A DNA stretch of 64,000 nucleotides, taken from contig MHFR01000037.1 in the NCBI GenBank assembly GCA_001804285.1, forward strand, positions 85,952 through 149,951, in the 5' to 3' direction. Under the pieces are notes generated by a model. It was given only the letters and a program-made list of their open reading frames with translations. It had not been told where the DNA came from and did no database searches. The DNA comes from Candidatus Danuiimicrobium aquiferis (GTDB lineage: Bacteria > Omnitrophota > Omnitrophia > Omnitrophales > Danuiimicrobiaceae). Positions 41,101 to 50,100 of this stretch are shown piece after piece. The first letter of the stretch is position 1. Each line of letters starts with the position of its first letter. Position numbers and translations under genes: made by a program.

Positions 41101-44100
41101 CGAATCTGAAATTTTTTCACGCGAGGTTTGCGGAATGACTATCAATGCGGAATGATTTTCTCTGGCGCGGAAATTCTCTGAGCTTTCTTCGGAAACGGGT
41201 ACGCCATTTTCATATTTCATGACGTCCACACTGTTGGCGAGCAAGAAAAGTTCCCGGATGGGATCCCCGCGTGTTTTTGTGACTTCCAACACCATCTTTT
41301 GAACTTCTTCGATCGTATAACCAATTTTTTTACGTTTATTCCCCGTTAAATTAATAGCCACTACGCGGCCGCTTTCAGTAATCCCGATTAAATTGTGCGG
41401 ATATTTTGATTTGATTAATTTGACTTGAAGTTTTTTCTGATGCGCCCCGCCGACAATCCGGTATTCCCCTTCGGCAAGTGGCCCGTCGCCAACTTTGGGC
41501 TTATAGCCTCGCGTCTTCAATGCTTTTTCTTCAATATCCGCGATCGAATATCGATTCGGCTCCTGATTTAAATATGGCGCTAAATCAAATTCCGCTTCGC
41601 CGTCATTCGCCAACACTTTTTTCAGCAAACGCCGGTCCACCGGCCGGCCGGGCACCGGCAAATCCACAAAAAATTCTTGAAATCCGATGGCTTGCCCGTA
41701 TTGCGGCTTACCCTGTTCGTTATAAGTAATAAACTGCGGAAGCACATATAAGTGGTAAAGATCATCAAATTGATTTGCGATATCCTGAACCGGCGTTGCC
41801 GCCCCATGATGAATGAGCCTCTGACCGAAAAAGGCAGTTTTAACCTCAGCTGCTCTGTTTTCTGTAGAGTCACCAATCAAAACCTTGACCTGCCCGGAGC
41901 CGTCAACTTTTACGAACCTTACATCTTCCGATGTAATTGCTCCGGTATTCCACGCAACCATCATGCTATATATCCTCTCAAAGACCGGCTCATCCTTCCG
42001 GTGATAAACTTGCTGACGCGCCCCGTCATAAATCACAAACCAGTCATTATGCAAATAATTGCCGTAAGAATAAACGGTCACCGCGCCATATTTCCCGCCA
42101 ACCTGATCCTCAACCGGCTTCAGCGCACTTTCTACATCAAACACCGTCGGCATTTCATTGGAATTCAATATGCGCCCGCCCAACATTCTCGACCCTCGCC
42201 CCCGGTTCCATACAAATTGTTCCGCCGCTTCTTCATTAAAAACCAGGGATAAATCAATCACTCGCGGACTGTAAAAATCGAATACAGCCGGATGTTCAGT
42301 CAATGTTTCCCGCACTTCAGAACGGGTTTGGCTGGCTGGCTGTGATTCGAACTGACCTTGCTCGTCAAACAACTCGAGAAGCGCGTCATTAAAAGCCTTC
42401 AGGTTTTTGGGAAGGCCGGACAAAACAGTCGGGAGATCAGCCGGGAAATCAGACCGGCGTTTTCTCAGCCCTTCGATCATCCCACTAAAAAGCTCCCGTA
42501 ACTTTGCCCTGTTTTCATCGTTTTTCGAAAATCCACCAAGCAAATCGGCGGCCGTTTTCCAATAAATCTCCGGAATTGCAGAAAGGCCGTTTTGACCGTT
42601 ATAAATCGGCCGGACATCTCCGGAGCGAGTAAAAATAATGAGCGCGAACATCTCGCGCAACATATTAAGTTTAACTGTTTTTCTTCCAAGCCCGTAAATG
42701 TCGTGGTCCAGTGCATAACTAACCCCTTCGATTTTTCCATCTCTTATTTCATCGGCATAAGAAACAGCAAATGTTCCCTTCGTCCGAAATTGCTGGACGG
42801 GGTCGTGCATGTACGCAACAACCAATGGATCGTTATTACTTAAACCAAGCTCCTGGTGAACTTGCTTTAATATCGGTTTAGTCTTCTCAAAATATTCTGT
42901 AATGATTGACGTTTCGGTTTCAAGAATAATATCTTTTTCATCAATCGGAACCGGACGCGGGTTTCCTTTTTGGTCAACCCTGTTACGCGCCATATGCAGA
43001 ATAATCTCTTTGATAATTTCTGCCTCCCTCCGTTTAAGCGCCATATCGAGTTTGCCAGCCTTCCTCAGAGTTTCAAGCCGTTCGATCTGGCTTTCATGCG
43101 TAATCACCTCATCATCCGAAATATGAACCGGAATTCTTTCCAAAACCGCATTTCGAATCAAAGACAACGTCCCTTTGCCCAAACCGCCTGAAATGAGAAT
43201 CTTTGAAATTTTATGAGCATTATATAATTCCACCGCTTCCTGAAAATTATCCAGGAAATCATTGCCGCAGATGAGAAGTACATGGGCTTTTAACTCCTGG
43301 CGTTTTTTGTCCCGGCTGTTCAGCAACTCTTTAAGTTTTAGCAAACTCAGTGTATCTCGCAGAAATACAATTCTATCCCGAAGACGCTTCTCTTCCCTTT
43401 GGTAATATCTTTTCACCCGGTCGACATGCGCCATGGATTCTTGCCGGCGTAAAATTTCAAAAACCTGCTCAAGCTCTTTTTCATACTGTGCGACGGCTTC
43501 TTCAGGTACCGATTTCCAACCCTCGCTCAGTCCGTCTTCAGCTTTCTTAAACAACCTGTTTCGATTGAATGTTTCCCCGACATATGATGGGTCCGAGTCT
43601 TTAAACAAGGCAACTACCTCATCCGTGCCAATGTCAAAAATTCGTTGAGGGACCCCCAAAATTTTTAAATAATTCTGGGCCGCCTCAAGCATCATACGAG
43701 CGACTCTTCGCTGAAGAGGCGCAATCACATGATGGCCGTCTTCACGAAGGAGAAACTCCTGATGAGACAAAGACATGGTTTCTTTAAGCTGCGGATATTC
43801 GGTGAGGGCTCTTCTCGCCGTCTTCATTTTCGCGTTCTGGTTCTCGATTACCTTCTTGATTTTTTCAAGCGCCAGTCCAAGGCCCGCATCCACTTCTCGT
43901 GCGGAAACCATCCATGGTTTTCGAGTCCCTGCGCGTGCAACCCTGACGAATCCCCGCATCAATAAATTCAAGTTCTCGTCTTTTGTTAACGATTGAAGGC
44001 TTAATTCCTCTTCCTTCGTTTTCTCAAGATGTTTCATGCACAAGGCCGCAAGAAATTCTTCCGTCACGCTTTTGCCTTCTAAAATACGGCTTCTGATGTC

Positions 44101-47100
44101 CTCCAGATAAAAAAGGGTATCTGAAGGGTCATCGAGATGTTCGCTCGTCTTTTTATATTTCGTAGACCACTTTTCAACGATGTCATAAATCTGCGGATAG
44201 TGTTCCCTCAATTTCTCCGCCAGTTCGGCAGGATCTTTATGGCGCTCGAACATTTCACTTACCGCCGGACTGCTCCACACCCGCTCAATCAAAGCATAAA
44301 ATTCCTTATCTTTCTGCCGCGAAAGCTTGAGAATAAGCCCCTTCGGAATATCTTTTCTGTTTTCGTCGATACTGAACTCGGCATGAAGACCGACCGCCGC
44401 TTCATCTTTCATAATTTCCCGGAAATTTCTGTCAATATATCTTGCCTGATCGAAAGCAAAAATATGATTCACCGTCACATCAAGCCAGAAACCAATATGC
44501 ATCCAGACAAACGCATCGATGATTCCGTCAACCATCGTCTCAACATTGTCCTTCGTAATCATACCGTTCATTCCGGATATCACCTCACCAAACGTCTTGA
44601 GCCCGGTCCACCGCGCATTAAAAAGCTCTTGCAAATCGTGTGCTCTAAGATTCCGCACATTTTTAACGAAATAGAAAATGCTGTGTGGATCGTTCCGGGT
44701 TATCCGTTGATATAAATACATCCGTACCGTGTCAGGTGGTTCATCGGGATTGTGAGTTTTATATGTGGAACTGCTTTTAAAAACGCGTTCCTGGGTTTCT
44801 AATTTCCACGGCGTTCGTCCGACAAAGAATCTCTCGAAAACATCCGTCAGACGGTCCCATGCCTGCCAATAGTAGTCGAGCTCAAACCACCGGTAAACAC
44901 TCGATCGCTTGCGCAAATGTCCGTCTTCCGGAAAGTCTTGATAGACTTCGGAGCGACGTATATGCATCATGCTCCAACGTTCAAAAATTTCATGGGGTTC
45001 CATTTCCCTGAGAACCTCTTCCGGAGTCATTTTTTCATCGGATCTGTAAATCCCGACCGTCCGCCTTTCTTCCACAATCGGGCCCTTGCCGAGATAAATC
45101 GTCCGTCTTCCGGAATCAAACGTCACCATTTGACCGTCATACGCAGCAAGCTTTTCAAAAGCATCCGTTGCCCCCACCAGACACGGAATCTGCAGCGGGA
45201 GTGAATTCTGCGCGGCATGCGATGTGCTGCCCCCGTCAGTTGTGATAACACCGGCCAGCTTCGCAAACACATCGTTAAACTCATTGTTGGTGTGATGCGC
45301 GACTAAAATGACGCCCGGTCTTACTTGGGCCGCCAGATGCTTATCCTGAGTTTCGCTGCCGCCTTTCTGCCCTTTCAATATCTGAAGCTGCGCATACACG
45401 GCACCGTGAGTCGCCGCAGTTGCATTAGAATCCAGAACATGTCTTCTCATGGACGGAACTTGGCTTTCATCAACTGTCCGCACGACGAAAACGGCTTGAT
45501 TTTCCTCACGTTTGGCTTCCGAAATGATTTTCGCGCGCGCCTGAACAATAAAAATTTCTCCATTCTCATCCACCGCAAATTCTATATCGATATTGTTTGC
45601 TAATCCTCGAGCGCGGTAATGCCTGCAAATCAACTTGGTCAAGCGCGCCACCTCAAGAATTTCGGCATCCAACAAGCTCGGAAGGTCAGCTTCTTCATCC
45701 GAAAGGTCCACCGTTTGAATATCACCGCCCGGTTTCGTAGTGACCTTTTGCTTCTTCCTCTGGATTTTCTTTTCTAAAATCGCATCCGCCATCGGACCAA
45801 CCTTCCATTTATCAACGGGAATCTTCCCGTCCACAATCCCTTCGCCGATTCCATGAACCGCATCGATTTTGATAATCGGCCGGTTAATCGAATCATCGGG
45901 ATCCACCGAAAATGCCACGCCGGAGCTGCGGGGCTCGATAAACTTTTGAAGCAGAACCGCCATCCCTGCCTTGGCGACACTGAGGCCAGCCCTCCTCCGG
46001 ATGGTCACAAATCCATCGTCAAAGAGACTGGCCCAAACCACTTTAATTGATTTCAACGTTTGATTAACCGATAGTTGGTACAATTTGGTTTTCGCCTGTC
46101 CGGCAGCCGCAAAATTTTTGAGGTCTTCAACCGTCGCGGAACTGCGCACGGCGATTTTTCCGCCCAATCGCTTAAACTCTCTGGCAATTTGATTTCTAAG
46201 TGGTTTCGGGAACTCCAATTTTCCGATCCGGTCCCTGATCTGTTGGCAAAGCATGCGGATTTCGTCTTCATCCTCCGTTTTTTCAAGACGTTCGACTAAC
46301 TCTTTGATCACCGGATCGCCGAAAACCATCCGCTCAAAAGCGTGCGTCGTCAACACAGACGAATCAGGCACTTGAAGCACCGGCACTTTCCCAGAATTCA
46401 TCAGTTGACGAAGAATATGAGTGTTTGCGCCTTTTCCGCCCGCAACCTCAACCGACGCGGCGGCCTCGTCATCGACATTTAGGATATCAGGAAATATCTC
46501 TTCCCAAATTGCTGAATCACTGACATACGGACCTGTGAGATCTAAAGCAAACGCCAATGGATTCGCCTGAAATTCGCTTTCAATCTCCTGCCTGGTTTTA
46601 AAAACCATCTCATCGGAATCAATCGTTTTAAAAATATTCGAGCCACCATCAACCAACTGTGCTTCCGCATCCCGCCGATCGCGCTCTGCCTGCTCCATTT
46701 TTTTCTTTAAGAAGGCTGCATCTTCTCCCGTTAACTGGTAGACAAAAAGCCTTTCTTCGTTCTTATCAAAAACCGGATAGATTCCGGGGATATTGGTTTC
46801 CCGTCTGATCTGACCGGCGATTTCCCGAATTTTTTCTCGCACATTTTTCCCATCAACCGAAAGCACACATAACGATTTTTTTCTGGCGTCCCAATCCATC
46901 AAAACCCCATCTGCCCGGTATTGATCTTGATGCGCCGTTTGGTATGCGACAAGTTTTTTTTCTTCTTTCTCGTTCAACGCATAAAAATCGTAACTCGCCA
47001 GCCATCCGGAACGCACTTTCCCAGAATCAATTTTATGTAATTTTTCAAACGGGATTCTCAGTCCGGTCTCATTTTCAACCGCAGCCGCAACCATCGCCCG

Positions 47101-50100
47101 AAGATCAAAAACAGGATGAATCCACGGAATCCCTACCTTTTTTCTGATTTCTTCAGCAGCTGCCTTCACTTGGTCCGCAGTCACCTTCCCATCAATCGAA
47201 ACAAGGTGTAATGATCTTTTTTCCTGATCCCATACCAGATCGATTCCATCAGCATGAAACGCAGCCTTATTCGTTTCATAATATTCATGAAGCCTCTGCT
47301 CTTCCGCATCGGATAAAGTATAAAAATAATAGACGGGATCCCCCGGAGCATTTTCGCCCAAGCGCACATCTTTGAGTCGCGCGAGCGGAATCTTGGCGCC
47401 CGTCTCTTTCTCAATAGCATCAGCGGCTGCGGTTAATACAGTTTCTTTATTCACTTTAGCGTTGGCAGATACCGTCAGTTTTCCCGCAAAAAGCCTTTTA
47501 TACGGTCCGCGTTTTTGGAAGAGAATTTTCTTGCCGGATTGATCAATCAAGAAGATTTGCGCAGACGGAACCCGTCGCGGTGATTTAGATGGTCCGCGAG
47601 TCCCACCGACAAATTTATTCATTACCTGGGCCATATACAATAGAGACAAGAATGGGTCATCGGAGTCAACCCCCACAGACAATACGGAACGGATATCTTT
47701 CAAAGCCTCATCAATTAACTTTCTTGAGTGGCTACGCGCCGCCTCATCCCATGGCTTTTCTTGCGAAAAGATCTCTCTAACCTCCATTATTTTTCTTACC
47801 ACCTCTTCACGATTGACTCGGGCAGCCGCAACAGATGATTTCAATTTATCCACCACGGCTTTATCCGCCAATAGCGGCTCAAGAAGGTCATCCGTCAATT
47901 TCACATTCCATTGCTGGACGCCGTCCTTAAAAACATCTTCTTTTATTACATTCTCTCCTCTCGCAGCTTGCAAAAGCTCTTCCAGCGTAAGTTCATAAAT
48001 TGCCCAGGTTTCTCCATTTCCTGCATGGCGCGTTTGTTCCCGTTCAATCCAGCGTTTAAATTTCTCGCGAGTCATCGAACGTTTTTTTTCTTCCAGCCAC
48101 CGGCCATATTCAAGGGCCTTTTCAACTTCTTTCGAAGTCGCAAAATACATATAATTGGTAATTTTTTCTCGATTTGGCGGATCCGTTCGGTCCGAAGAAT
48201 ATCCGTTTTCTGCGCCAATCAGTTTCCATGTCCCTTCAAGGACTCCGTCCTTACTCATACCGGCCTCTTCGGCCAATTCATCAATCGCAGTCCGATAAAT
48301 CGTCTCTCCGGCCTTTACATGCCCGCCAAAGATCGTCACATCTAACGGTTTGACTTTATTGTGAACTCGACGCTGAACAAGAATCGTTCCTTTGGGCGTA
48401 AAGACAATCGCATTCGCGCTATGGTGCAATAGCCGGTATTCGTGAGCGATCCTCGCGTCAATCACACCGATGGTTTTAATTTCACCGGCAGCCCCTTCGG
48501 CGATAATATTCAGATCTTCACCGCTCAGTGTAATCTTCCCATCTTGAACTCTTTTGAGAATGCTTTCGATCATATCCGGCGTAATTCCCGATCCGGGAAA
48601 TCCGGCCAAATGTTCGAGCTTGTACTTTAATGTTGCTGACGGTGGAACGAGTAAAGACGGCCAATCGTATAAGCCTCTGTGATGCAATCCGCTGTTATAA
48701 AACAGATGCGCCAAAATCATCCACGTCGTTGCGCTCACACCAACCATGAAGGAAAGTGCAGGGCCAATCGAAAACGTCGCTGGAAAAAAAACGAAGTAAG
48801 GCAGATATAAAAACAGGCCCAGAACAAACAATCGTCCCCACATCGAAACACGTTCATTGAAGCGATAAAACTTTTTAAATACCGGAGGTCCGGCTTTGTG
48901 AGGCATATAAACACCGTTCCAATGAAGAACAGCATAAAACACATTGCTGACCAACCCGGCTATCACACTCGAAACCAAAATGCCATGAGCACCGGCTAAA
49001 TAAAAAACCAATAACGTATAAAGGCCTGTCACGGCTACCGTTCGCGCAAATGGCGCAACTTTCAGAGCCGTACCTTCATCTACCTTAAACTTCTCCCAAA
49101 CTGTCCGTACAGGTGAAACATTCAAAGTACTCTTGCGCGTTTCTGCCAAAAACTCCTCGGCACTGCTGCCATTATCGCGCGCTTCGGCCCTTGCAGCGGC
49201 ATTCTTTTCCCTCTGCCGCAACCGCAAGGACTCCTGTACGCTTCGATTCCCCAAAACGGGGACAGGTTCTGGTTTTATTGTCTTAGAACCTGTCCCCATT
49301 TTGGGTGCAAGGTTGCGCGCTTCGGCACGTTCTGATGTTTCAGAAGAAACATCAGAAGTACTGCCTTCGGCTGCCCTCGCTCGCTGCATTCCTGGACCTC
49401 GCAAGAGCACAGGAGCATAAGGCACAGGCGCGGAAGCTTTCATCTCTACTTGTGTCCCTGTGCGCGTGTGTTCTTGTGTACTCGTCTGGCGCATGTTGAA
49501 AAACATGCTGTCATGCAATTTAAGCGCCGGGCCGTCAGGCTGTGCAGAAGTCTTGAGTGTCGCCTGCATGTCTTGGATTCCCGTTTGAATATCATCCGCT
49601 AAATACTGTGCTTCAGCGCGGCCAATCTTTGCAGCTGTTTCGTGCATCGGATTAATGATTTGCGCTGGTGCAACGTTTGACGCGGGAGAAAGAAAAACAG
49701 GTTTTAACGTCATCCGGTTCACATAAAGTTGACTGTCCTGAATTTCATTGATCTTCGGCATAATCGACAAATACGAAAAACCTTTTTCCTTCGCAATCGC
49801 TTCGATTCCTTCTTGATGGAAACCGCCGGTAACGAGAACGGCCTTGTCCTGCTTGGTTTGTTTTAACGTACTCAAAACGTTTTCGAAGATAACTTGTTCT
49901 CGTTCATTGGCGGTTTGATAGAATTGAAGGCAGCGGCGGAAGAGGTTTTGTACAGGCCCCTCAATGCCCCTCTTTGTCATTCCCGAAAGCTGTTCTCGGG
50001 AATCTCCTAACAATGGATTCCCGCTAAAAACATGCGGGAATGACAAACGCCCTTGATTGTTTCGTTGTTCTGATTTTACGAGGAATGACACAGTCCCTTG

